A stretch of DNA of 35,493 bases from a virus (Duplodnaviria; Heunggongvirae; Uroviricota; Caudoviricetes). A program made the translations under genes and the position numbers. The notes under the pieces are model-generated. The model was not told where the DNA came from. It searched no databases and saw only the letters and a program-made list of their open reading frames with translations. Positions 17,372-26,262 of the stretch are shown here, in pieces (the stretch's first letter is position 1; the number at the start of each line of letters is the position of its first letter). The stretch lies in the IMG/VR virus record IMGVR_UViG_2529293246_000006, one strand, 5' to 3'.

Positions 17372-18469
17372 ATGCCAGCCATTCACATTTTTAAAGCCGG
17401 TACTCATACCGATATGCACGGCACGAAATTGCCGTTCACGCAAAGCGATCTTGCCGCCTGCGTGAAAGCCTATGACCCGTCCGTCCATGAAGCACCACTC
17501 GTTATCGGCCACCCCAAAACGGAAGACCCGGCGTGGGGCTGGGTGAAATCCCTGTCGCTTAACGGCGGCGATCTGCTGGCTGAGCCTGACCAGCTCGACC
17601 CGCAGTTTGCCGAACTGGTGGGCAACGGGCGCTTCAAGAAGGTCTCAGCCTCGTTCTATCTCCCGGACTCACCGAACAACCCGAAGCCCGGCACGCTTTA
17701 CCTGCGTCATGTCGGCTTTCTGGGGGCGCAGCCACCGTCCATTAAGGGGCTTAAGCAGGTTTCGTTTGGTGAGAAAGAAGAAGGCGTCGTGGAGTTTGCC
17801 GACTGGAGTGATATCACCAACGCCTCTTTATGGGGCCGTCTGCGCGATTTTCTGATCGCCCAGTTCGGGCTGGACGAGACCGACAAGGTGCTTCCTTCAT
17901 GGCAGGTGGACTCCCTGCGTGAAGAGGCTTACCGCGACACCGGGAAGTCTGAACCGGACTTCAGTGAACACAATCCCACCCCTCAAAAAGAGAACAGCAC
18001 CATGACTGAAGAAGAAATCAAAGCGCTTCAGGCGGAAAACACGCGTCTGAAAGCGGAAGCCACCCAGCGGGCGGAACAGGAAGCGAAGGCTAAGCAGGAC
18101 AAACTGCACGCGGACAACGTCTCCTTTGCCGAGAAGCTGGTTGGCGATGGCCGACTGGCTCCTAAAGCGAAGTCGGTTGTCGTGGCCATTCTGGACGCGG
18201 TCTCTGCAGGCGACAAGCCGGTTGAGTTTGCCGAAGGCGATATCCGCACCCCTCTGGCCACGGCGTTTAAGACGCTGCTGGACAGCACTGAGCCGGTACT
18301 GAATTTCAGTGAGCACGCGACCAAAGACCGCGTGAACACGGAGATCAAAACGACGTCAGCAGAGTTCGCTGAAGCCGACCCGGAACGTCTGGCGCTGCAT
18401 CAGAAAGCGCTGGAACTGTCGAAAAAAGAAGGCATCAGCTACGACGCTGCTGTCTCCCGCTGCCTGTAA
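17372..18469 (+). CDS. head maturation protease / scaffold (Mu I-like)
   Basis: 365 aa. N-terminal domain then a Glu/Lys/Ala-rich coiled-coil C-terminus, typical of fused protease-scaffold proteins. Upstream of the major head protein. Confidence 0.7.
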   Translation: MPAIHIFKAGTHTDMHGTKLPFTQSDLAACVKAYDPSVHEAPLVIGHPKTEDPAWGWVKSLSLNGGDLLAEPDQLDPQFAELVGNGRFKKVSASFYLPDSPNNPKPGTLYLRHVGFLGAQPPSIKGLKQVSFGEKEEGVVEFADWSDITNASLWGRLRDFLIAQFGLDETDKVLPSWQVDSLREEAYRDTGKSEPDFSEHNPTPQKENSTMTEEEIKALQAENTRLKAEATQRAEQEAKAKQDKLHADNVSFAEKLVGDGRLAPKAKSVVVAILDAVSAGDKPVEFAEGDIRTPLATAFKTLLDSTEPVLNFSEHATKDRVNTEIKTTSAEFAEADPERLALHQKALELSKKEGISYDAAVSRCL

Positions 18470-18482
18470 TTAAGGAGAGAAC

Positions 18483-19436
18483 ATGTCTGACTATTTAAAG
18501 GGTAAGCGCGTTGTTGACCCGGTGCTGACCAGCATCGCTCGCGGTTATAAAAATGCCGCATTTATCGGCGAACGCATCTTCCCCATTGTCCAGACCGATA
18601 AGGAAGGTGTGACCGTCCCGACCTTCGGTAAATCCGCCTTTGTTGAGTACGACACCGAGCGTGCCGTGGGGGCTGACAGTAACGTCCTGGTACGTGAGAA
18701 GACCGGCAAACTGGATCTGGTTCTTAACGAGCACGATCTGGCCGCGCCGGTGGACTACCGCGAGCAGGCGGAGTCGATGTTCAACGAAGAGGCCAAGGCC
18801 ATTCGTCGCGTGACCAGTGGCGTCAACCTGAAGCGCGAACTGTATGCGGCCCGTCTGGCGCAGGACAAAAACGTTTACCCGGCATCGTCCGTTAAAGCAC
18901 TGGCAGCTGCTGAACGCTGGGTCGGTGGTAAAGGTGATCCAATTGGCATTATTGAAGGTGGCATTGAGGCGGTACGTAACAAAACCGGCCTGCGCCCAAA
19001 CCTGATGACCATGGGGGCCAGCGTCATGTCGCTGCTGAAGTTCCACCCGGCGATTCAGGCCGCGATTGGAGCCAACGAGCGCAAGCGTATCACCATCGAA
19101 ATTCTGAAAGACCTTTTCCAACTGGAAGATGTGGCGATCGGCGAGCCGGTCTCCATGGCCTCCATGAAAGACGCGCAGAACAAGGACAAAGTCCCGACCG
19201 ATATCTGGGGTGACAACCTGATGCTGCATTACGTTGGCAAACCGCAACCAGGCACCGACAGCGCCGACGAAAACGAGCCGTCATTCGGTTACACCCTGCG
19301 CCGTAAAGGGATGCCGGTGGCGGATAAATACGACGGTGTCGGCGGCAAAGTGAAGTACTGCCGTTATACCGATATCTACAAAGTCGCCGTGGTCGGTGGC
19401 GATGCCGGGTATCTCGTCACCAACATCGTGAAATAA
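18483..19436 (+). CDS. major head (capsid) subunit (Mu T-like)
   Basis: 317 aa with a good AGGAGAGAACATG start, following the protease/scaffold gene. Confidence 0.75.
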   Translation: MSDYLKGKRVVDPVLTSIARGYKNAAFIGERIFPIVQTDKEGVTVPTFGKSAFVEYDTERAVGADSNVLVREKTGKLDLVLNEHDLAAPVDYREQAESMFNEEAKAIRRVTSGVNLKRELYAARLAQDKNVYPASSVKALAAAERWVGGKGDPIGIIEGGIEAVRNKTGLRPNLMTMGASVMSLLKFHPAIQAAIGANERKRITIEILKDLFQLEDVAIGEPVSMASMKDAQNKDKVPTDIWGDNLMLHYVGKPQPGTDSADENEPSFGYTLRRKGMPVADKYDGVGGKVKYCRYTDIYKVAVVGGDAGYLVTNIVK

Positions 19437-19446
19437 GGAGACGGTC

Positions 19447-19803
19447 ATGGGTACAACTCAACAGGTCATTCTGACCACCACCGTGACGGCCAGCGCGGCG
19501 CTGACGCAACAGCGCTTTGTCGGTGCCGATAATGGCCCCTGTCAGGCCGGTGCCGTGGCGCTCGGTGTGGCAGAGGTGGATGCTGCTGCCGGTGATGTAA
19601 CGCCGGTCAACGTACTGGGTATTGTTGCCGTCGAGGCTGGTGCTGCGATTGCTAAAGGGCAGAACGTCCAGTCGGATGAGAATGCCTGCGCCGTTCCCCA
19701 GACAGCCGCATCGGGCGAGACCCCGGCGGGCATTTCTGCCGGGATTGCGCTGGATGAGGCGCTGGCCGAAGGTGACGTTATCCGTATCCTGCGCGGGGTG
19801 TGA
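19447..19803 (+). CDS. Ala/Gly-rich head-associated protein (hypothetical)
   Basis: 118 aa with a good Shine-Dalgarno (AGGAGACGGTCATG), immediately after the capsid gene. Confidence 0.5.
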   Translation: MGTTQQVILTTTVTASAALTQQRFVGADNGPCQAGAVALGVAEVDAAAGDVTPVNVLGIVAVEAGAAIAKGQNVQSDENACAVPQTAASGETPAGISAGIALDEALAEGDVIRILRGV

Positions 19804-19804
19804 T

Positions 19805-20251
19805 ATGTACTGCACCCTCGCGGATTTGCTTGAACAGGTTCCTGAGCGGACGCTAATCCAGCTCACCAATGAGGAGCTGGACTTCGACTCGCCCGCGACG
19901 GTGAAAACTGAGGTGGTGGACAGCTGTATTCGCTATGCCGATGAACTGATTGATGCCCATCTGCGCGGACGCTATACCCTGCCGCTGGCGGAAATACCGA
20001 CCGTTCTGCGGGACATTGCCATCACGCTGGTGCGTTACCGGCTCTACACCCGCCGCCCGGAAGGGGCTGTCCCGGATACCGTGAAGGATGACCACAAAGA
20101 GGCCCGGCGACAGCTGGAGGGGTTGCGTGACAACAAGCTGACGCTGGGGCTGCAGTCCACTCAAAAAGACGTGCCTGAGTCCGGTGAAATCCGGGCGCGG
20201 GCACGTCGCCCCACCTTTGGCGGGCGCGATGGCTTACTGGAGAAATACTGA
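19805..20251 (+). CDS. Mu gp36-like protein (DUF1320)
   Basis: ATG at 19805, two bases after the upstream stop. Family from memory. Confidence 0.5.
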   Translation: MYCTLADLLEQVPERTLIQLTNEELDFDSPATVKTEVVDSCIRYADELIDAHLRGRYTLPLAEIPTVLRDIAITLVRYRLYTRRPEGAVPDTVKDDHKEARRQLEGLRDNKLTLGLQSTQKDVPESGEIRARARRPTFGGRDGLLEKY

Positions 20252-20715
20252 TGAACGTTCTGCCCGTCCTCGATGCAGTACTGACCCGGTTACGGGAGAA
20301 GCTGCCGCAGCTGCAGGTGGAGTACTTCCCGGAGAAACCGGCTGAGTATCGCCTGAATCATCCGGTTGGGGCGCTGCTGGTGAGCTATGCCGGGTCGCGC
20401 TTCGATAAGCCGAATGATATCGGTGCGGTGCTCCAGACTCAGACTATCCAGCTCTGCGTCACGGTAGTTTTCCGCCAGCTCAACGGTAAAAGAGGCGCGA
20501 TTGACGTTCTGGATGCAGTCCGTCGCATCCTCGGTGGCTACACCCCGCCGAACTGCCGCCGTCGCATCTGGCTGACCCGCGAGGTGTTTATCGGTGAGGT
20601 CAAGGGGCTGTGGCAGTACGCCCTCGACTTTGCCACTGAAAGCGTCTTTATCGAAGACAGCGATTTACCGTCCGGCCCGCTGTTAACCGAAGTGAACTAT
20701 GAGGAAAGCGAGTGA
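20251..20715 (+). CDS. Mu gp37-like protein (DUF1834)
   Basis: 154 aa; ATGA overlap with the upstream gene. Family from memory. Confidence 0.5.
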   Translation: MNVLPVLDAVLTRLREKLPQLQVEYFPEKPAEYRLNHPVGALLVSYAGSRFDKPNDIGAVLQTQTIQLCVTVVFRQLNGKRGAIDVLDAVRRILGGYTPPNCRRRIWLTREVFIGEVKGLWQYALDFATESVFIEDSDLPSGPLLTEVNYEESE

Positions 20716-20966
20716 TGAAAGAATACCGCTATTCCGGCCCGGCCAGCGGCGTCACGCTGTCGGACGGAACCGAAATCCTGCTCTGGCCGGGGAAGAATGT
20801 TTCCCTGCCGGAGGAGCATGACTATGTGAAGGTACTGGTGGCGCTGAAGCATCTGACACCGGTATCTGAAGAGACTAAACCCGCCAGCACACCGGTTGTG
20901 CAGTCACCAAAGCGCAGGAACGCCGGCGACAACGATGTGAAAACGGAGGACTCCCATGGCAGCTAA
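20715..20966 (+). CDS. small hypothetical protein preceding tail sheath
   Basis: ATG at 20715 overlaps the upstream stop; 83 aa. Confidence 0.45.
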   Translation: MKEYRYSGPASGVTLSDGTEILLWPGKNVSLPEEHDYVKVLVALKHLTPVSEETKPASTPVVQSPKRRNAGDNDVKTEDSHGS

Positions 20967-22383
20967 CTATCTGCATGGCGTCGAAACCATTGAGGTGGAA
21001 AACGGTGCCCGCCCGGTAAAAACGGTGAAGTCTGCCGTCATTGGCCTGATTGGTACCGCCCCGATGGGGGACGTCAATACGCTGGTGCAGTGCCTGTCTG
21101 AGAAAGATGCAGCGGCGTTTGGCAGCCAGCTCACCGGTTTTACCATTCCGCAGGCGCTGGATGCGATCTACGACCATGGGGCAGGCACCGTTCTGGTCAT
21201 TAACGTGCTTGATCCGGCTGTGCATAAAACCGCTGTGGCCGATGAAGATGTAACGTTCGACAAGGCGACGGGCAAGGCACAGCTGGCTAATCCGGTGGTC
21301 GCGCAGCTGGTACTGAAACCGGACAGCGATGGCCAGCCTTATGTGGAAGGTCAGGACTACTCGCTTGATGCACAGACCGGAGTGATTACCAACCTTGGTA
21401 AGAGCATTGCCGCAGATGCAACGGTGAAGGCCAGCTATAACTATGCTGATCCAACTAAAGTCACCCCGGCTGATATCATCGGTGCCGTTAACGCTGCGGG
21501 CAACCGTACCGGCATGAAGCTGCTTAACGACAGCTTCAACCTGTTTGGCTACTTCGCAAAAATACTGATTGCCCCGGTCTTCTGCACCCAGAACAGCGTC
21601 TCGGTTGAGCTTATCGCCATGGCTGAGAAGCTGGGCGCGGTGACCTACATCGACGCGCCGATTGGTACCACTTTTGCGCAGGCTCTGGCGGGGCGTGGCC
21701 CGGAAGGCACCATTAACTTCAACACCAGCTCCGACCGCGTCCGTCTGTGCTACCCGCACGTCAAGGTGTACGACGCGGCCACCAACAGCGAACGGCTGGA
21801 GCCGCTGAGCCAGCGTGCTGCAGGTCTGCGTGCCAAAGTCGACCTGGACAAGGGCTACTGGTGGTCGTCCTCCAACCAGGAAATTCTGGGTATCACCGGC
21901 GTGGAGCGCCAGCTGTCGGCAATGATTGACGACCCGCAGAGCGAGGTGAACCTGCTCAACGAACAGGGCATCACCACGGTCTTCAGCAGCTACGGCAGCG
22001 GCCTGCGTCTGTGGGGCAACCGTATGGCGGCATGGCCAACGGTCACCCATATGCGCAACTTTGAGAACGTTCGCCGTACCGGTGATGTGATCAACGAGTC
22101 CCTGCGTTACTTCAGCCAGCAGTACATCGACATGCCGATTACCCAGGCGCTGATTGATGCGCTGACGGAGTCGGTCAACGCCTACGGTCGCAAGCTGATT
22201 GGCGACGGTGCGCTGCTGGGCTTCAGCTGCTGGTTTGATCCGGCCCGCAACGAAGAGACGGAGCTTGCCGCCGGTCACCTGTTGCTGAGCTACAAATACA
22301 CGCCACCACCACCGCTGGAGCGACTGACGTTTGAGACCGAGATCACCTCGGAATATCTGTTAACCCTGAAGGGGAATAGCTGA
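20956..22383 (+). CDS. tail sheath protein
   Basis: 475 aa with MAANYLHGVETIEVENG... N-terminus. Followed by the tube and tape-measure genes, the canonical contractile-tail order. Confidence 0.85.
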   Translation: MAANYLHGVETIEVENGARPVKTVKSAVIGLIGTAPMGDVNTLVQCLSEKDAAAFGSQLTGFTIPQALDAIYDHGAGTVLVINVLDPAVHKTAVADEDVTFDKATGKAQLANPVVAQLVLKPDSDGQPYVEGQDYSLDAQTGVITNLGKSIAADATVKASYNYADPTKVTPADIIGAVNAAGNRTGMKLLNDSFNLFGYFAKILIAPVFCTQNSVSVELIAMAEKLGAVTYIDAPIGTTFAQALAGRGPEGTINFNTSSDRVRLCYPHVKVYDAATNSERLEPLSQRAAGLRAKVDLDKGYWWSSSNQEILGITGVERQLSAMIDDPQSEVNLLNEQGITTVFSSYGSGLRLWGNRMAAWPTVTHMRNFENVRRTGDVINESLRYFSQQYIDMPITQALIDALTESVNAYGRKLIGDGALLGFSCWFDPARNEETELAAGHLLLSYKYTPPPPLERLTFETEITSEYLLTLKGNS

Positions 22384-22904
22384 TGGCAAAGATTGAGATC
22401 AACCGCATCACGAATGCCAACATCTACCTGGATGGCGCTAACCTGCTGGGCCGGGCCGAGGAGGTCAAACTCCCGGACGTCTCCATGACCATGCAGGAGC
22501 ATAAGGCGCTGGGGATGGTGGGCAAAGTGGAACTCCCGGCAGGCTTCGACAAGCTGGAGGGTGAGATCAAGTGGAACAGCTTTTACCGCGACGCGATGCT
22601 GTCTGCTGCGAACCCGTATAAGTCGCTGGCGCTGCAGTGCCGTTCCAGCGTCCAGCGCTACAGTTCGCAGGGGCTGATTGACGAAATCCCGCTGGTCACA
22701 TTCCTGACGATCATGTTCAAGAAGAACCCGCTGGGGACGTTCAAACAGCACGAGAACGCCGAGTTCTCTAGCAGCTTCACCTGCACGTACATCAAGCAGG
22801 TACTGGATGGTGAAGAGCTGCTGGAGCTGGACTATCTGGCCAACATCTTCCGAGTCGGCGGCGTTGACCAGTTGACTGACTACCGCATCAATATCGGGGG
22901 CTGA
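22383..22904 (+). CDS. tail tube protein
   Basis: 173 aa; ATGA overlap with the sheath stop. Confidence 0.8.
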   Translation: MAKIEINRITNANIYLDGANLLGRAEEVKLPDVSMTMQEHKALGMVGKVELPAGFDKLEGEIKWNSFYRDAMLSAANPYKSLALQCRSSVQRYSSQGLIDEIPLVTFLTIMFKKNPLGTFKQHENAEFSSSFTCTYIKQVLDGEELLELDYLANIFRVGGVDQLTDYRINIGG

Positions 22905-22906
22905 CG

Positions 22907-23188
22907 GTGACCGTCGAGATTGAAGATAAAGGCGGGAACTGTGGTTCGATTGGCATGGGAAATGGTACGTGGTTTACCATCCTTGATATTCCGGGGGTGG
23001 AAAACCTTTTTAATACCCAGAAAACCAATGACCCGATTGACTGCACCCGCTCTAAAGCACGGAAGCTCGCTGACCTGATTGAGGCATGGGAGCCACCTGA
23101 CCACTGGTTCACCGGCATCGGCAAATCTGAAGGAAAGGCGCTTCTTATCGCCTTCCTGCGTAACTGCAAAGGCTTTCGCACTCACTGA
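22907..23188 (+). CDS. hypothetical protein, moron inserted between tail tube and tail chaperone genes
   Basis: 93-aa ORF from the GTG at 22907 (GGGGG Shine-Dalgarno 7 nt upstream); an alternative ATG at 22955 gives 77 aa. Followed by its own intrinsic terminator. No recognisable motif. Confidence 0.4.
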   Translation: MTVEIEDKGGNCGSIGMGNGTWFTILDIPGVENLFNTQKTNDPIDCTRSKARKLADLIEAWEPPDHWFTGIGKSEGKALLIAFLRNCKGFRTH

Positions 23189-23194
23189 TATCAC

Positions 23195-23218
23195 AGGGGC
23201 TTCGGCCCCTTTCTTCTT
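23195..23218 (+). terminator. rho-independent terminator after the moron
   Basis: AGGGGC-TTCG-GCCCCT hairpin (23195-23210) followed by TTCTTCTT. Confidence 0.6.
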
Positions 23219-23286
23219 AATCCCCTTTAATATCCGTCACGTCCACCTCCAGACATACTGCTCTGAACTTACACAGGAGCACGATC

Positions 23287-23601
23287 ATGTCACAGACCCA
23301 ATCCGATACTTTTAAGCTGTCTTACCCCTTCACCACCGCAGCAGGCACCAGAGTTGAGCAGGTTGAACTGAAACGCCTGACGGTCAAAGACCTGAAGCAG
23401 GTGCGCAAAATCAGTAAAGACCCGGCTGACTGGGACGAACCGCTCATTGCCCGTAGCACCGGTATTCTCCCCGAAGACCTCGATAACATGGATCTTGCCG
23501 ATTACATGGAGCTGCAGAAACGATTTCAGCAAGTCACTGGGCTGGGCAAGAGCGACGAAAACGCTGATGCAGGCGCAGGGGCTGCTGGCGAGGTGGTTTA
23601 G
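23287..23601 (+). CDS. tail assembly chaperone (P2 E / Mu gp41-like)
   Basis: 104 aa with an AGGAG Shine-Dalgarno, between the tube and tape-measure genes. An overlapping downstream ORF sits in another frame. Confidence 0.6.
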   Translation: MSQTQSDTFKLSYPFTTAAGTRVEQVELKRLTVKDLKQVRKISKDPADWDEPLIARSTGILPEDLDNMDLADYMELQKRFQQVTGLGKSDENADAGAGAAGEVV

Positions 23602-23704
23602 ATTTCAGCCGGGGGAGATTGATGCCCTCGATACTGACGATCTGGAGATGTGGCTGGAGCAGGCTGAAGAGCAAATCAAAAGCGAGTTCGGCGACAATCA
23701 GTAA
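23447..23704 (+). other. +1-frame overlapping ORF: probable frameshift extension of the tail chaperone
   Basis: ORF in the +1 frame overlaps the 3' part of the chaperone gene and runs 103 nt beyond its TAG (23599-23601), ending ...EIDALDTDDLEMWLEQAEEQIKSEFGDNQ. The -1 frame hits a stop quickly. Slip site not identified. Confidence 0.45.
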
Positions 23705-23796
23705 CGACTCATCACTTAACAGCCGCCCCTCGCGGCTGTTCTGCATGGCTCTCAGACATTTTCCTTCCGTTTTTCCGCTTTCAGAGGATAACAACC

Positions 23797-26262
23797 GTGG
23801 CCAGTGAATTTTCAGTCGGCGTCATTATTGGCGGCATTGTCGGAAGCAGCTTCCGCTCAGCCGTCAGTGGCACCCGACGCGCCCTAGATTCCCTGGGCGA
23901 TACATCGCGCCGCCTGCAGGAACGCCAGAATGCCTTAACTCGTGCAACTGAACGTTATGGCCAGTTAGGCTCTTCCCGGATGCAGCGCCTCAACAGCGAA
24001 CTGCTGCGGGTAAGCCGCACAATGGAGCAAATTGAACGCCAGCAGCGCCGTCTGTCAGCAGTATCAGCCACCAGTGACGCGCTGAAAGCTAACCGCATGG
24101 CGCTCTATGGCCAGGGAGCAGAGACTTATGGTATCGCCCGAACGCTGGGCGCACCGGTCATGGCCTCTGTCAAACAATATTCATCGTTTGAATCCCAGCT
24201 ACGCGATATCAGTGTCACCGGTGATCTGGATTCAAGGCAGGAACAGGCCATCGGTACTGCCATTCGTCGGGCATCCCTGCAGGTCAATCAGCTCCAGGAA
24301 TCTCTGTTGAGCGGCGTTGGTCAACTGGTTGCCGATGGCATGAATCCGCAGCAGGCAGCGACCTTTGCCGGGATGCTCGGTAAAGCGGCCACGGCCACCA
24401 AAGCAGATATGACTGACCTCGCAAAAATGACCTATGCCTTTAGCGATGCGCTGAAAATTACCGATGCCAAAGAGCTGGAGCAGGCGTTTGGGATTGCGGC
24501 AACCGGGGCCAAGCTAGGCTCGTTTGAGCTGAAGGATATGGCGAAAGCGTTACCCGGTATGGCCAAAGCCTTCGCTGCACGTGGTATTTACGGCAAAGAC
24601 GCCATAACCCAGATCGTAGCCAGTCTGGAAGTGGGTAAAGGCAGCGGCTCAGCGGAAGAGGCCGTCACCAATATGTCAAACTGGCTGGCGGCAATGGGAC
24701 GCGGAGATACCACGCAGAAATACGCTAAGGCTGGCGTGGATTACCAGGGATCAATGCAAAATTATGTAGCCCAGGGGTTCTCTCAATATGAAGCCTCCCT
24801 GATGATTGCCAACCGGTTTATCGACGGTAAAGGCAAGGCATTTGTGCAGCAATGGAAGGCGGCAGGCTCAAGAGGCGATCAGGAAGGCCAGCAGAGGCTG
24901 ATGGAGTCCTTCGGACTGGCGGAAGTCTTTACCGATATCCAGACCGTGAACCATCTACTGTCTATGCGTCAGGGCTGGGATAAGTACCAATCTAACAAGC
25001 AGGAAATGAACACTCCCTCTGCAATGTCTACGCTGGACAAGGATGCAGCGAAACAAAATGATACGCTCGAAGGACGTTGGCGCAGAACGCAGATTGGGTT
25101 TAACGACTCGGCCATTAGCATCGGAGAATCATTACGTCCGGCGTTGATCCAGCTGGGGGAAACATTCATCCCCTTAATGAACAGCGTTGGAAAATGGATT
25201 GCGGCTAATCCGCAACTCGTGAGCGGCACAATTCAAGTGATTGGCGCATTACTTGCGTTCAAGATGGCAACCATCGGCCTCAAGCTCGGGCTGAATCTCC
25301 TTATTTCACCTTTCGTCAACGTCTGGAAAAATGCCGTGCTCCTGCGGGCCAACTGGCTTCGCCTGACACTCGCGCTGGGTGAAGGCGGCAAACTTCGCTG
25401 GCTGGTGACCGGCTTCAGCGCCGTCGCCAGAGGAGCCAGAACACTGGGTGGTGTGCTGTCAGGTGGGCTGGTTCGCGGCATTATGATCGCCGGGCGTGCC
25501 GTTCTCTGGATTGGGCGGGCATTGCTGATGAATCCCATTGGTCTTGCTATCACCGCCGTCGCGGCGGCGGCTTATCTTATTTATCGTAACTGGGGGGCTG
25601 TCAGCAGTTGGTTCAAACAGCGCTGGGCTGACATTAAAGAGGCTTTTAACGGCGGTATCGTGGGGATTGGTAAACTGCTGATTAACTGGTCGCCGGTTGG
25701 TCTGCTCTATAAAGCCTTTGCGGCTGCGCTGAAATATCTCGGCGTTGATCTGCCCGCGAAGTTCACTGACTTCGGTGGCCATCTTATCGACGGGCTGATA
25801 AACGGCATCAAAAACAAATGGGAGTCGCTCAAAACCACCGTCACAGATATGGGTGACAGTGTCGGCGGCTGGTTCAAGGAAAAGCTGGGTATCCATTCGC
25901 CGAGCCGCGTGTTTATGGGCTTTGGTGACAACATCGCGCAGGGTGCCGCTATCGGCCTGCAGCGTACCACACCACTGGCAGCGCTCGCCGGACAACGCCT
26001 GGCAACAGAGATGACTCCCGATGTTCCCCGTATCCCGTCGCCGGAAATCATGGCTGCGGGATATTCAGGTCGTGGCGCAGTTGCAACTGGCGGCGGAACA
26101 TCTGGCGGTATCCAGGTCAGCTTTAATCCTCAGTTTTTCCTCAATGGCAAAGAAACCGCAGCGCCTGCCGGACTGACCGGCGCACTGAATATGAGCCTGC
26201 ATGAACTGGAGAAAATGCTGGAGCGTCTGCTGGCTCAGAAACAACGTCGGGGGTACGAATAA
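23797..26262 (+). CDS. tail tape measure protein
   Basis: 821 aa. Largely alpha-helical N-terminal two thirds, hydrophobic segments and a Gly-rich C-terminus. GTG start after an AGAGGA Shine-Dalgarno. Confidence 0.85.
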   Translation: MASEFSVGVIIGGIVGSSFRSAVSGTRRALDSLGDTSRRLQERQNALTRATERYGQLGSSRMQRLNSELLRVSRTMEQIERQQRRLSAVSATSDALKANRMALYGQGAETYGIARTLGAPVMASVKQYSSFESQLRDISVTGDLDSRQEQAIGTAIRRASLQVNQLQESLLSGVGQLVADGMNPQQAATFAGMLGKAATATKADMTDLAKMTYAFSDALKITDAKELEQAFGIAATGAKLGSFELKDMAKALPGMAKAFAARGIYGKDAITQIVASLEVGKGSGSAEEAVTNMSNWLAAMGRGDTTQKYAKAGVDYQGSMQNYVAQGFSQYEASLMIANRFIDGKGKAFVQQWKAAGSRGDQEGQQRLMESFGLAEVFTDIQTVNHLLSMRQGWDKYQSNKQEMNTPSAMSTLDKDAAKQNDTLEGRWRRTQIGFNDSAISIGESLRPALIQLGETFIPLMNSVGKWIAANPQLVSGTIQVIGALLAFKMATIGLKLGLNLLISPFVNVWKNAVLLRANWLRLTLALGEGGKLRWLVTGFSAVARGARTLGGVLSGGLVRGIMIAGRAVLWIGRALLMNPIGLAITAVAAAAYLIYRNWGAVSSWFKQRWADIKEAFNGGIVGIGKLLINWSPVGLLYKAFAAALKYLGVDLPAKFTDFGGHLIDGLINGIKNKWESLKTTVTDMGDSVGGWFKEKLGIHSPSRVFMGFGDNIAQGAAIGLQRTTPLAALAGQRLATEMTPDVPRIPSPEIMAAGYSGRGAVATGGGTSGGIQVSFNPQFFLNGKETAAPAGLTGALNMSLHELEKMLERLLAQKQRRGYE

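Noticed and set aside
18495-19247. 250-aa minus-strand ORF
   Set aside because: Antisense to the major capsid gene.
20875-22278. 467-aa minus-strand ORF
   Set aside because: Antisense to the tail sheath gene; low-complexity composition and no ribosome-binding site.
23719-23739. Hairpin ACAGCCGC-CCCTC-GCGGCTGT after the chaperone extension
   Set aside because: No T-tract follows, so it is not a convincing intrinsic terminator; it could be RNA structure near the tape-measure ribosome-binding site. Left as unassigned.
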